From Sporopachydermia quercuum (Eukaryota), in the NCBI GenBank assembly GCA_001599295.1, contig BCGN01000006.1, forward strand, positions 682,001 to 746,000: DNA of 64,000 nucleotides. Reading direction: 5' to 3'. Under the pieces are notes generated by a model. That model did no database searches. It was not told the DNA's origin and was given only the letters and a program-made list of their open reading frames with translations. Positions 1 through 11,220 of this stretch are shown here, piece by piece. Position numbers and translations under genes: made by a program. The number at the start of each line of letters is the position of its first letter. The first letter of the stretch is position 1.

Positions 1-1401
1 AGCCACCAGTTTTCTTTTGACTTCATCAAGCCTATCTAACATATAATCAGGATCACCAAATGTCTCAGGCTTCCAAGTGAAATATTTCTTATCGTCAGTG
101 TATTCAATATCAAGCCATAGAACATCATTGGGTAGGCCATATTTATCCATATTAGCCGACACCTCTAGTACATCTTCTTGGTCGTTGTAATTCCATCTAC
201 ACTGATGGTATCCTAAGGAAAACAGCTGTGGTAAAGCTGTAGTTCCTGCTAGGGAAGCATAGGAACGAATGACAGATTTGGGAGTAGGCCCAATCATTAC
301 AATGAAGTCCAAGACACCATTTTCAGAGATCCAATGTGTAATGGTGCTCTCTTTATTAGCGACATTTCGGTATTTCTGAATATCAACGTAGGTATCAGCA
401 GCGTTGAGCCAAAATAGGCCAACGGTGACATTAGGCTTATAAGCTTGCATCAAAGGAATTGATCCATACATAGGTAGAACGCTGTTCGTAGTGTATTCAA
501 ATATATCAACGTTGTAGAGTCTATAGGGCTGGTTATGAGTATTATCGTTGCTATCATCAGCTGAGGAAATTCCTGTTTCTTTTAATGCAAATGAATCACT
601 ATGCTCGGGTATACCATATACATTACTATAGCCAGGGAAATTGAAATCAACAGCAACTGACTCTGGGCCAATAACACGTTTCTCTCCAGAAGAGTCCTTA
701 AACGAGTCTTTCCACATGTCATCGCTGATTTCCAACTCTGACAATGTTTCATCAATAGCTTCTTCTTCAGATTTAGCTCTAAAGTGCTCAATATTCAGTA
801 ATCCCAGCTGATTGACCCCTAGTTGTAGTTCTCCTTTATAATAGAACACCAGTTTGAACGGATTAAACGTCAAGTGGAACTCATAATTGTTGTCCTCACC
901 GTAGCTTGCTATCAAACTAGAGGAGTCCTCGCTGAAGCTGTATTGGGCTGCTGATGGTTTGACCCCATTTGTTAGAACCCATTTCTCAGCTTCGTTGTAC
1001 CTTTGTTTCCGAACAAGATTATTTATCAGATCTGCGCCCTGGCGAGCTTTTTCATCAGCAGTGAATCTGACAGTGTTGTCCTGTAGTACTGTTAGTTTGA
1101 AAGGGAATTCCACCAGTTCTGACGTTGGTAGCTGCTTGAAAACTGTACCTGTGAGAGTACCATCGTGTTGTAAGTTGATAGATAGCTCATCAGGGTTGAT
1201 GAAATAAGGAGACTTGAAAGTTCTACCAAGGTTTGCTATTTGGCTGGCATAGTGTCTATTTCTTTTACAGAATCCTGATTGTTCGCAGGACTTGAATAGG
1301 TATTCTTTGACTGCTAGAGACTGTNGAGGAAATAGAACTAAGCATATAGTGAGTATGGTTATGAACTTGATACCAAATATGTGATTGATCTTTGACAGCA
1401 T
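1..1401 (-). CDS. ROT2: Glucosidase II alpha subunit (GH31); 5' part only, runs off the left edge
   Basis: Manual translation from ATG at 1401 (absent from ORF track): signal peptide MLSKINHIFGIKFITILTICLVLF, then FKSCEQSGFCKRNR, PYRLYNVDIFEY, MYGSIPLM, LGYHQCRWNYNDQEDV, WLDIEYTDDKKYFTW. Confidence 0.95.
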   Translation of the reverse strand, partial: MLSKINHIFGIKFITILTICLVLFPXQSLAVKEYLFKSCEQSGFCKRNRHYASQIANLGRTFKSPYFINPDELSINLQHDGTLTGTVFKQLPTSELVEFPFKLTVLQDNTVRFTADEKARQGADLINNLVRKQRYNEAEKWVLTNGVKPSAAQYSFSEDSSSLIASYGEDNNYEFHLTFNPFKLVFYYKGELQLGVNQLGLLNIEHFRAKSEEEAIDETLSELEISDDMWKDSFKDSSGEKRVIGPESVAVDFNFPGYSNVYGIPEHSDSFALKETGISSADDSNDNTHNQPYRLYNVDIFEYTTNSVLPMYGSIPLMQAYKPNVTVGLFWLNAADTYVDIQKYRNVANKESTITHWISENGVLDFIVMIGPTPKSVIRSYASLAGTTALPQLFSLGYHQCRWNYNDQEDVLEVSANMDKYGLPNDVLWLDIEYTDDKKYFTWKPETFGDPDYMLDRLDEVKRKLVA

Positions 1402-2559
1402 GATGATGGTTATGATGGTGAATGATAGGACATCAAGGAAGCTATTCCATTAGATAATAATAAAAGCAAGAATTATTATGTTATTTAAACAAATTTTGAT
1501 CAGTAATTCAATTAGTATAACTGAATTGTAGTGCGTTAGTATATGATTGTAGTGCCAGTCCTTCTCTTCTGTTGTGTAGTTAACAGTACTCAACAAAGTG
1601 GAGGAATCGTATCAATTGACAATTGACTGTGGAGTCTATCAACAAACAATCTCACGCTGATTACCAATCCATCAGTATGTAATCTGTAGTCAAATGTTCT
1701 ATTGATGCAGTTAAAAGTAGTTATAAGCCAATACTAGAAGTGTTTATAATAAATAAATGCATAAATATCAGAAACATAAGATCAGAGTAATTATTGCAAA
1801 AGACCTGCTTTCTGAAGAGAAAACTGTGAATGCATATGAGATGGTTTCTTGATAGATTATGCATAATCACGCATATTGAGAGAAAGGTACACAAAGAGTA
1901 GTAGCTAGCAGGAAGATGACTGGGGAAATAACAGGGAAGCAAGATGTTTGTTGTAGTTGGTAGGCTTCATTTATCGGTATCCAGTTATTTTAAAGAANTT
2001 TTATATTGAACTATTAGTGGTTGTTAGTTAAGAAGGTGCTAATGATGATTGTAGTAGGTTGAGATCTATATGCACACATTTCTGAGGGTGATAAACCTTA
2101 TTTCACAAGTATATCTAAATGGTGTATGAAAAGCAAACTATCTGGAGATTAGGAGCTCTAAGTACATTTTATGAGTGGCAAATATTTTGAAAGGAAACCT
2201 GATTAACATATTGTTCTATTAGTTTCCATTTACACAATTCGAATTGCTTATAATTTCTCTCTCCTTGCTCGATGTACCACCATCCATTGTCCTGCATTCT
2301 GTATGCACGTTTGATGCGTGTGCTCATACTTAAACTATTGAGGGAGGCGCTTGGGAGGTTTTTTATTTACAATCATCAACAATTGATATCTGGGGATTAG
2401 AATGCTACTTAGGCTGTTCAATTGACGATAAACTACAGGTTTCTCTCTATTTTCTGGTAAAAAATTGATCAGAATATACGCTTACATATAAGAAAATAAT
2501 TTTGTTAGAAGATTGGGTTTCTAGCAGTAATTTTATTGTAGAAACTGGTACATCATATA

Positions 2560-3486
2560 ATGTTTTGGAGTAAAGGACACTTCCCCATTGAAGGACGAAC
2601 ATTCCTTATATCTGGTGGGTCTCAAGGTGTTGGAGCTGCCTTTGCCAAAGCGGTAGTTGCAAAAGGTGCTAGTAAAGTGGTAATTGTAGCTAGAAACAAG
2701 GAAAAGCTGGCAGAAACACTAAAAACGTTGAATCAAAGTAGAATAACTGACAGTCAAACCTGTGATTACATATCAGCAGATCTATCAGATGCTGATGAAT
2801 GCAACAGAGTTTTCCAGGAATTGAATTACTGTCCTGATGTAGTTTTATGCTGCGCAGGTAGCAGTAAACCTGGGTTATTTCTTGATCTCAGTACGAAAGA
2901 TCTAGAGATGGGAGTTAAAGTGAATTACTTAACAGCTTTGTTCTTCTCCCATGCCGCAATGAAGAAAATGGTAGAAGCACCAAAGACAACTCAACCAAGA
3001 CACATAATGTTCTTTTCTTCAGTAGTGGCATTCTACTCGTTTATTGGCTATGGTCAATATGCCCCTTTGAAAGCGGCTGTTAGATCTTTGGCCGATACTT
3101 TACGACAGGAATGTGTGCCATATAATATTACTGTGGAGTGTGTATTTCCTGGAAATACTATGTCTGAAGGTTTTATTGAAGAAGAGCTTACCAAACCTGA
3201 AATAACCAAGCTTATCGAGGGTCCTTCTACACCCATATCAGCAGAAGATTGTGTTGAAATAATACTCAGTAGGTTGGATTTAGGATATCAACATTTTGCT
3301 ACTGATTTTATAGGTTGGGTATTAAGTACTGTAAGTCTCAGTGCGTCTCCGAGATGTTTTAATTTCTTTCAAATAATTATTGGGCTCTTTATGCTGATAC
3401 TAGCTCCTATATTCAATTGGAGTGTGAACAGAGAGATTAGGAATTATTTTGCTAAATTGCCTCTTAGCGGAAAGAAAGGCGAATAA
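2560..3486 (+). CDS. TSC10: 3-ketodihydrosphingosine reductase (SDR family)
   Basis: ISGGSQGVG Rossmann motif, catalytic YAPLK (YxxxK), LRQE, FPGN..SEGF.EE..TKPEITKLIEG, C-terminal hydrophobic segment. Confidence 0.9.
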   Translation: MFWSKGHFPIEGRTFLISGGSQGVGAAFAKAVVAKGASKVVIVARNKEKLAETLKTLNQSRITDSQTCDYISADLSDADECNRVFQELNYCPDVVLCCAGSSKPGLFLDLSTKDLEMGVKVNYLTALFFSHAAMKKMVEAPKTTQPRHIMFFSSVVAFYSFIGYGQYAPLKAAVRSLADTLRQECVPYNITVECVFPGNTMSEGFIEEELTKPEITKLIEGPSTPISAEDCVEIILSRLDLGYQHFATDFIGWVLSTVSLSASPRCFNFFQIIIGLFMLILAPIFNWSVNREIRNYFAKLPLSGKKGE

Positions 3487-3928
3487 ACATAAAGGGGATA
3501 AGTGGTGGCAGACGTGAAAGGGCAATCTATCTTCTACCAATATTAATGTATACAATCCTCAATTGAAAGTAAAGAGTTGTTGATTATAGTAGATGTGATT
3601 GCCATGTACCAATAGTGAAAATATTATGATCAGCTTAGTTATTATCTACATCATAATGTAAACATACTAGTGATCCTCATTATCATAGTCCTTTATGAAT
3701 ATTCTCCGTATAAACAATGTTAATGCTAATGCTGTATTATTAAACATACTACATAATATCTAATCGAATCCAGTCTAATTAAATGGCTAAATAACTATAA
3801 CTAATGAAAGAGAGAGTTGAATACGCTGATGCTCATGTTCCCATAATAAAAACCTGGTGCCCTACTTTCTTCTATTTCATCAATTCAAAACCTCCAACGC
3901 ACACACACCAATAATCTTCGATTAATAT

Positions 3929-4589
3929 CTATTTGCTCTTTTCTTGTGCTTCATATAAGAGACTCCTTGTCCAAGATTCAATCTTAGTACCCACAGATTC
4001 CCAGTTCAGGGTGTATAGTTTGTTGACGCCCCTGATGATCTCGTCATTCCAAATATCTTTGCTTGTCTCAACAACACTATCTCTTTTCTCTCCTTCAATA
4101 GCCAAAATTCTTTTAACCTCCTTAGGCGCATCAGCAAAATCAATCAACTGTTTGCTTTGAATTAAATGAGAGGACACTTCCTTTTGATATGAGTGGAATC
4201 TCTGCACAGTGAAGTAAGCAATTGAACTAGAGAACAAAACCCCTAGTGGTGACTGTTAGTATAATGCTAGAGGGACGAATCGAACAGCAGAACAAAAATA
4301 ATCACCAAACATTGACCCGCCCGTATGGGAAATAGATTGTGCACTAAAATCTATTGATCATTGTACAAGATGTCACTATGTATCAAGAGATGTTCCAAAT
4401 AAACGGGTAGTGGGTCGGAACGCCGGGATCTCACTACTTGTAGCAAAACTGTCGCCAATTGAATAAAACTCAATACTCTGAAACAAAACCAAATTGATTT
4501 TAAAACTGAATTTTCTCCGTTCCCCAGCACTCCCTATCCACTAACTAGACGTTATACATACCAGAAAGAAAACCCGTTATTCTACCCAT
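3929..4589 (-). CDS. MIC12: MICOS subunit Mic12/Aim5; exons 4589-4562 and 4242-3929
   Basis: Spliced product MGRITGFLSGVLFSSSIAYFTVQRFH...VETSKDIWNDEIIRGVNKLYTLNW; donor GTATGT at 4561, branch TACTAAC at 4261-4255, acceptor TAG ending 4243; frame preserved. Confidence 0.85.
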
Positions 4590-4850
4590 TTTACACCATA
4601 AGCTTGCCAATTCAAGTTGACCAAACAGTGACTTCACTATTGAACTAATGAATAGAACTAACAGAAAACCAGNGGATTTATCAAATAAGTACTGTTGAGC
4701 TGTATCTATCAATAGTCTTACTTAATACCGTTTTGCTGTATTAATCGTTATCAATATATGTAGATGGATAGTTGATCATAAGTAACCGATGAATCTCTAT
4801 CACCCAGTTGGCGCAAGTCCTTGGAGGTCCTCGGGAGGTTTGGGGTAAAG

Positions 4851-4858
4851 TTACCCGG
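4851..4858. promoter_or_regulatory. Reb1-type site (TTACCCGG) in the MIC12/UTP11 divergent intergenic region
   Basis: Exact match to the Reb1 consensus TTACCCG. Confidence 0.5.
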
Positions 4859-5410
4859 TGATGATACTAAAAGGTACAGAACAGATACAATTATTTTGAG
4901 GTTTCATTCTTGTAGGTAGATATGGGACGGAAATGGTGAAATTGAATTGCATGCTTGTATAGTATCCGGTATATATACTTATTTGGTCAATACTGAAGCA
5001 AAATTTCTTTACTATGAAAGGTTTTTCTTTCGTTAGTAATAGATAACGGAACTATTTTGACATAACGAATAGATTTGTAATGCTAAAACAGTTGACAGTT
5101 TGCAACTGATGAAAGATTAAGTAGCAGGAAAAGTGGTTTATTTGGCTTGGAATTTGATGAATTCAACGTAGTTGCTTTTCCCAACAGAGTAGAAAGAAAA
5201 GGAACTAAAGCAGAGACATCCAGGTTCCTATCTGCTGTCTATCAGAAGTGTAGTAATAATAAAAACTATCGCTGTCAATATAAACAACAAATAAAAAGAT
5301 ATCAAATATCACAACTCCAACTTTCTCAATATTTTGGTCACTTTCATTGATCATACTCAACCACCCTTTTTCTATTTTCAGAATATACATCTCGTTCAAT
5401 TCAAATCATA

Positions 5411-6157
5411 ATGGCAAGACTTATTCATAATATACAAAAGAAACAGCACAGAGAGAGAGCTCAGCCTCTGGAGAGGAAGCGATTAGGCTTGCTTGAGAAG
5501 AAGAAAGATTATCGTTTAAGAGCCCAAGATTTCCACAAGAAACAAGAAAAGATCAAAGCATTGAAAGAGAAAGCAAAGAATAGAAACCCAGATGAATACT
5601 ATCATGCTATGAACAAGCTGAAAACTGATGAACGAGGTGTTTTAATCAAAGAAAGGAAAGAAAGTGTTTTAGGACGTAGTTTGACAACAGATCAAGTCAA
5701 ACTGTTGAAATCACAAGATTTAAGCTATATAAAAACCAAGTTGAATGAAGAACGGGCAAAATTGCTCAAATTCTCTGACGAGGGTTCTTTCCTAAAAAGC
5801 AAAGGAAGCCATACAGTTTTTGTTGATAGCGAGAAAGAGATGAATGAGTTCAAACCTGAGGACTTTTTCAATACTGATGAGGCTTTATTGAAACGGAAGG
5901 AAAATAGATTGAGAATAGAGCAGTTAGAAGATGAAGAGTTCAAAAGTTTGAATGAAGATGATGTGAAAGCGAAGTTGAAGTTTGAATCAAAAAATTTGAA
6001 GCGACTAGAAAGCACAATTGAAAGAATCAATCAGTTAAAACAAGTAGAAGAAGAGTTAACAGTGAGACAGGAATTGGCAAAAAAAGGCAGCGCGAAGAAA
6101 GTGATAGGGGAAAATGGGAAAGCAACATTCAAATGGAAGAATGTTAGAANGCGATAG
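5411..6157 (+). CDS. UTP11: U3 snoRNP / SSU processome protein Utp11
   Basis: HRERAQPLERKRLGLLEKKKDYRLRAQDFHKK, RNPDEYY, LLKSQDLSYI, C-terminal FKWKNVR. Confidence 0.95.
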   Translation: MARLIHNIQKKQHRERAQPLERKRLGLLEKKKDYRLRAQDFHKKQEKIKALKEKAKNRNPDEYYHAMNKLKTDERGVLIKERKESVLGRSLTTDQVKLLKSQDLSYIKTKLNEERAKLLKFSDEGSFLKSKGSHTVFVDSEKEMNEFKPEDFFNTDEALLKRKENRLRIEQLEDEEFKSLNEDDVKAKLKFESKNLKRLESTIERINQLKQVEEELTVRQELAKKGSAKKVIGENGKATFKWKNVRXR

Positions 6158-6324
6158 GTGTAGTTAGTGCAATGTTTTATTACAATACGTATAATACTGA
6201 ATGTATATCTAATGTGCATTGATTCTCTATCTNTCAATTGGTTGTAGTTTGTAATTCAAACATGGTATTATTTCCGTTATCGTTCTTGAGGTATTATAAC
6301 ACGAGATGTATTTTGATCCATACT

Positions 6325-8376
6325 TCATTTTTCAAAAATCCAGAATTTGATACAAGCATCAGAACCTGCAGAGACAATAGTCTTCTCATCAATCCAATCA
6401 ACAGCGTTTACTCCCTCTTTATGAGCCCCAATAAATTTCACGTTCTTACTTGGTCGTTCAATACTATAGACAATGATATTGGTATCCAATGATGCAGCAA
6501 CGGCAAATAAACTATCAGGAGACCATGCAATGGAGTTGATTTGACTGGTATTGAATTGCCATCGTGCGGTATGAACAGAGAAATCACTGGTGTTGTAAAC
6601 AGTGATTTTTCCTTGGGCTTCGCCCGCAGCAAGGTACTTACCATCAGGAGAAAAAGATAAAAAGGTGGGTTTGGCTCTGAGAGCTGTTGGTTTATATGAT
6701 GTAGCTTTCAATTCAGTATCGTAAATTGTAATTGCAAAATCAGCTGTACCGACAGCAACATATTTATCTGACACTGCGACAGCCGTACCAGGGCTCGAGA
6801 GCTTTTGACTGGTATTTGAGGATCCATAAGTATTCACTGAATTCTCGCCAATAAGAGCAACAAGATCACCAAATGANGCAATCGCTTTTGGTTGGAATCC
6901 TAATGGTTTGCTTGTCGTTACTTGTCCGTTGGTGATACTTTTCAATTGATCGTCCCACCCACAAGANTTGTATCCATCGCCGCTATTGACAATACCTACA
7001 ATTAAATTNGAATGGGCGTCTGGAATACTAACAGTTTTTCCTGATTTAACATCCCACTGCACTATTCGTCCGTCGTATGAACCTGTGTACATTGTAGACT
7101 TATCTGCTGATAATGCTAACGTTGTGATCGACTTCTGATGACCAGTGAGAACAGATTTTGGCTTATCTGAGTCAATATCAAAGTATACGATATCTCCTGA
7201 TAAGGATACTGCGAGAAATGAGTTGTCTGAGGTAGCAGTAACAGCGACTTGATGATTATCAATCTTCTTTTCAAATGCCCACTCTTTTACTAATGAGCCA
7301 TCTTCGACATTCCATAATTTAACAGAACAATCAGCTGAAGCTGTGAGAAATTTAGCGTCAGCAGGTAGCCAGTTCAGAGAGAAAATACTTCCTGTGTGCC
7401 CTGTTTCCTTATCGCCAATCTCTTTGATAAAATCACCTTCTTTTCCATCATATAGAGCAATCTTCCGATCTGCCCCTACACTGACAAAATATTTTCCATC
7501 TGGAGAGAAAGCTGCATCATTGACAAAGTTTGAATGGATTCCTTTCAAACTCTTATTGAATTTGAATGGTGGACCAGTATAGAAAACAAGATTACTATCG
7601 TCAGAGACAGTCACAGCTCTATAAGGTCTATTTTTCTTGATGGAAATGCCATTGATAGCAGCACTATGACCAGAAATCTCACCGACAGAGTTGCCGGAAT
7701 CCATAGTGAAACAATGTCCGTAGCGCTCTTTTCCATCACCTACAGCAATAATTCTCTGTGAATCACCGTCCCAATCGAGGTCGTTGATTCTACCAGAGAT
7801 GACGGGATAGTCACCTTTGACTACTTGATCTTCTCCCACTGCATCCCATACTTTTACATTGCCGGCAATATCGCCAGATGCAACATAGAANCCTGATGGA
7901 GAGAATTTTGCGACTGTTGTAGCAACTGAATGACCCGTGAATTGAGTTGACTTTTCCGGTTCTGCGACAGATCTCAAGTGGATTGATTGATTAGACTATT
8001 AGGTGTTAGTTAGATAATCGACACCAGGTAATTGTACCGGCAAGATGCCCTATAGGAAGGTAGGTCAGCTTACAACGAAATCCATGGTTGATAGTTAACC
8101 CTGATAAGAGTTACCACCATCATTGGGTTATCAAATACCCAGATCACTTACAGCATATGCTATTCTATCAGACTTTTTGTCATATGAAACATGACTAGGA
8201 GTAGCTCTAGCTGTTGTCGGTAGAGCTGCCCAATTTGCACCTATGTTATTGTTAGCCTAGATCCTCTGGAATGAAAATCAAACATCTATCATATCCTTAT
8301 CGGCAAAATGTTTGGACGTTTTCCTTTGATCCTCCATTGAGTTGAGACGTGATAACATACTCAGTTTTAGAGACAT
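6325..8376 (-). CDS. AIP1: Actin-interacting protein 1 (double WD40 propeller); exons 8376-8361, 8240-8152, 7995-6325
   Basis: Spliced N-terminus MSLKLSANWAALPTTARATPSHVSYDKKSDRIAYASNQSIHLRSV; VAKFSPS.FYVASGD, DSGNSVGEISGHS, RPYR..TVSDD, GPPFKF; donors GTATGT and GTAAGT, branches GGCTAAC and AACTAAC. Confidence 0.93.
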
Positions 8377-8882
8377 TGTTAGATTGATTGTAAACACTTT
8401 GTCAGCGGAGTAGTAGTTAAGTGTCAATGGGATAAAGATAAGGCGTATCTATGTGATATATTTTTGTTCATAGATGATGAGTTTGTTTGTGAGTTTTGTG
8501 ATGGGCTCAANATACCATTGTGTTAATGATTACTACTACATAAACCTGAGTAAAAGGGTGATTGATATTGTGGTACACCCAAACAGCTGTGATAGATTGA
8601 TATAATATACAACGGAATTTCACTTTCTAATCTAGATTACGTAATACAAAAAGAGAACAGTAGAAGAATTGATGGTTATCTCAATTGAAGCATGGTGGGA
8701 CTAGGGAATAAACAACAAGTGAGCTATGATTATTACATTACTGAGACCATATCAACCGTTCTATCTCCTGTATAACATATTTGCTCTTACAATCTCATGT
8801 ATTCCATGCCAATTCTCGGTATTGCAAATTCCTCTTCCCTACCATCAATATCTATAGCCAGTCTACCCCTTCTATCTTTTCC

Positions 8883-8936
8883 GAAAAATTTCACTCCATG
8901 ATGAGACCCGATGACTTCTCAAACTAAAAAAATTTT
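8883..8936 (+). promoter_or_regulatory. RRPE-like and PAC-like elements upstream of UTP15
   Basis: GAAAAATTTCA 8883-8893, GATGAG 8900-8905, AAAAAAATTTT 8926-8936; typical ribosome-biogenesis promoter motifs. Confidence 0.55.
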
Positions 8937-9132
8937 ATGTATGAGAGAATACTTATCAACTAGGTATTCCTGTTTAATGAATACTGTTTATTTACAATTC
9001 CACTATATCTCTTTACTATATGAATATGCGAAACGCACATATATTACATCAAATAGTTCAAAGTCAAGTGTGATATTACGCAATTGTGTTTACTTCCCTA
9101 GAAGCCCATCCACGGTTGCGAACCCTTCAATC

Positions 9133-10644
9133 ATGTCGTCTACTTTATCCCGAATACAGCCAGTGCGAAATGCTGTTCTACCAGCGCAGACAACTCCAGA
9201 ACAAAGATACTGGAGAGGCTATGGGAGCTCTCTTCTTATAAAGGAACACAACGCTATTGACCATATAAATTTCAACCCTGTGGCTCCTCATGATATTGCA
9301 ATCACATCATCAACTAGAATACAAATCATATCAAGTAAGACTAGGCAGGTAGCTAAAACTATCTCCAGATTTAAAGATACAGTTTACAGCGGTGAATTTT
9401 CAGCGAACGGTAAACTAATTGTGGCAGGTGATGCTACAGGCTTAGTACAAATATTTGACTCTTCGACCAGATCCTTATTAGTTACACTCAACCCATCAAC
9501 ACATCCTACCCATGTAACGAAATTCAACCCAGTGAACTCAACTAATCTTCTTACTGCATCTGACGACAGAGTTGCTAGATTATATGACATTAGTCAATCT
9601 AAGCCTGTGGTTGAGTATGATGATCATACCGATTATATTCGATCGGCTTGTTTCATTCCAGAATCAAACTTATTTGCTACAGGCTGTTACGATGGAATGG
9701 TTAGAGTGTATGATCCAAGAGTTTCCCCTGCAGAGTCCAGTGGACCTGTGATCAAGTTTTCTCATGATGGCGAACCTATCGAAGATATTTTAGCATTAAA
9801 TACAACTACTTTAGTTTCCGCCGGAGGACCCACGATCAAAGTTTGGGACATGGCAACAGGAACCCAGCTTAAGAACTTGGGCAACTTCCAAAAGACTGTT
9901 ACGTGCTTGGTTAATGCTCAAGAGAAAGGACTGATTGCTGGATCGTTGGATGGCCATGTTAAAGTGTTTGACTCCACATCAGTAAAATGGGATGTAAAGT
10001 TCGGCTGGAAGTTCGGTGGAGGTATTCTCAGCTGTGGCATATCACCCAATAATAAGCATCTAGTAGTAGGTCTTACCTCAGGGTTATTGGCCATTCGTAC
10101 TAGGAAAACAGAACCAAAAGTAAGACAAGGTGTGAAGCAAGCCAAGCCCTCTTCTTATGCTAGAATGATGAGAGGTTCTGATTATGTAGCCATTGGAGAA
10201 AGCGAGAATGTTAAGATAGTTAATGATAATAGACCAAAGGAGAAAACCAAAAAACTAAGGCTGTTCGAGAAGCATTTGAACGCATTCCGTTGGAGTGATG
10301 CTTTAGATGTTGCATTTGCAGTTGGAATAACGGAGGAATTGACTGTGACTGTGTTAGAAGAGCTAAAACGAAGAGGTAAAGTAAGGGTTAGTTTGTTCAA
10401 TAGAGACGAAACATCTATAGAACCCTTATTGCACTGGTGTGTCAGCCATATTGACGATGTGAGATGTGTCAACATTATTGCTGATTGGGTTGGCGTTGTT
10501 ATTGATATGTATGGAGGTTTAATAGATAGATCGCCAGTGTTGGAAGAACTAATTTATACTTTACGACGGAAAGTTAATAGGGAGATAGAAAAAGCTCAAG
10601 AAGCACAGGAGATTGAAGGAATGTTGGAATTGTTGGCAAATTAG
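9133..10644 (+). CDS. UTP15: U3 snoRNP protein Utp15 (WD40 plus C-terminal domain)
   Basis: LPAQTTPEQRYWR, KTISRFKDTVYSGEF, KTVTCL, ELKRRGKVRVSLFNRDE; start placed at ATG 9133 because the ORF-track extension from 8911 overlaps promoter motifs. Confidence 0.93.
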   Translation: MSSTLSRIQPVRNAVLPAQTTPEQRYWRGYGSSLLIKEHNAIDHINFNPVAPHDIAITSSTRIQIISSKTRQVAKTISRFKDTVYSGEFSANGKLIVAGDATGLVQIFDSSTRSLLVTLNPSTHPTHVTKFNPVNSTNLLTASDDRVARLYDISQSKPVVEYDDHTDYIRSACFIPESNLFATGCYDGMVRVYDPRVSPAESSGPVIKFSHDGEPIEDILALNTTTLVSAGGPTIKVWDMATGTQLKNLGNFQKTVTCLVNAQEKGLIAGSLDGHVKVFDSTSVKWDVKFGWKFGGGILSCGISPNNKHLVVGLTSGLLAIRTRKTEPKVRQGVKQAKPSSYARMMRGSDYVAIGESENVKIVNDNRPKEKTKKLRLFEKHLNAFRWSDALDVAFAVGITEELTVTVLEELKRRGKVRVSLFNRDETSIEPLLHWCVSHIDDVRCVNIIADWVGVVIDMYGGLIDRSPVLEELIYTLRRKVNREIEKAQEAQEIEGMLELLAN

Positions 10645-11220
10645 GATAGCAATAGCAAAACATGTGAACGTGAAGGATGTAGTATACATAATTTAAATAG
10701 TATATGACAATATTATTTATAAAGAAAGAAATAAGTGATGAATTATCAGTCATAACAGGCGTTTTGGTCAGAGTAAGCGTATTTTTCTATCCAGCCTCAA
10801 ATCTGCAAGGGGAATCAAACAAGCAGTTGGGTTCTGACACTGTAATTACTGAGATCTACTGTTATTACCTCAGTACCAACCTCTTGAGAACTATTTCAAG
10901 AAAACCAAAAACTATTCAAGCATACAAGACAGCATTCATTGCTGTAAGAGCTCGAATAGTAGCCTTTGAATCACTATTATTATGCTTAATATTGCGATCG
11001 ATNGTTTTCATGGGCATTACAATTGGTATAAAATTCATGCTGTTTGCTATCATACATTGTATCTATTAAACACATTGATTATTATTAAACACTTGCTTAA
11101 CATTTCATTCCCTTCTTGTTGCATAGAAGATTACATTCAATGATAGAAACGATAATCATCCACTATTCCTCCTAATATNCGTATATTTTTTCTACCATTT
11201 CCCGACTGTCAAACTTCAAT

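Noticed and set aside
4270..4295. GTTCGATTC (tRNA T-loop/B-box-like) on the minus strand
   Set aside because: Flanks do not form a T-stem and no cloverleaf can be built.
8474..8549. ATGATGA...CTGA, possible C/D snoRNA
   Set aside because: No terminal stem and no rRNA guide I could recognise; sits in the AIP1 promoter.
8911..9132. ORF-track N-terminal extension of UTP15
   Set aside because: Overlaps RRPE/PAC promoter motifs and family similarity begins near ATG 9133.
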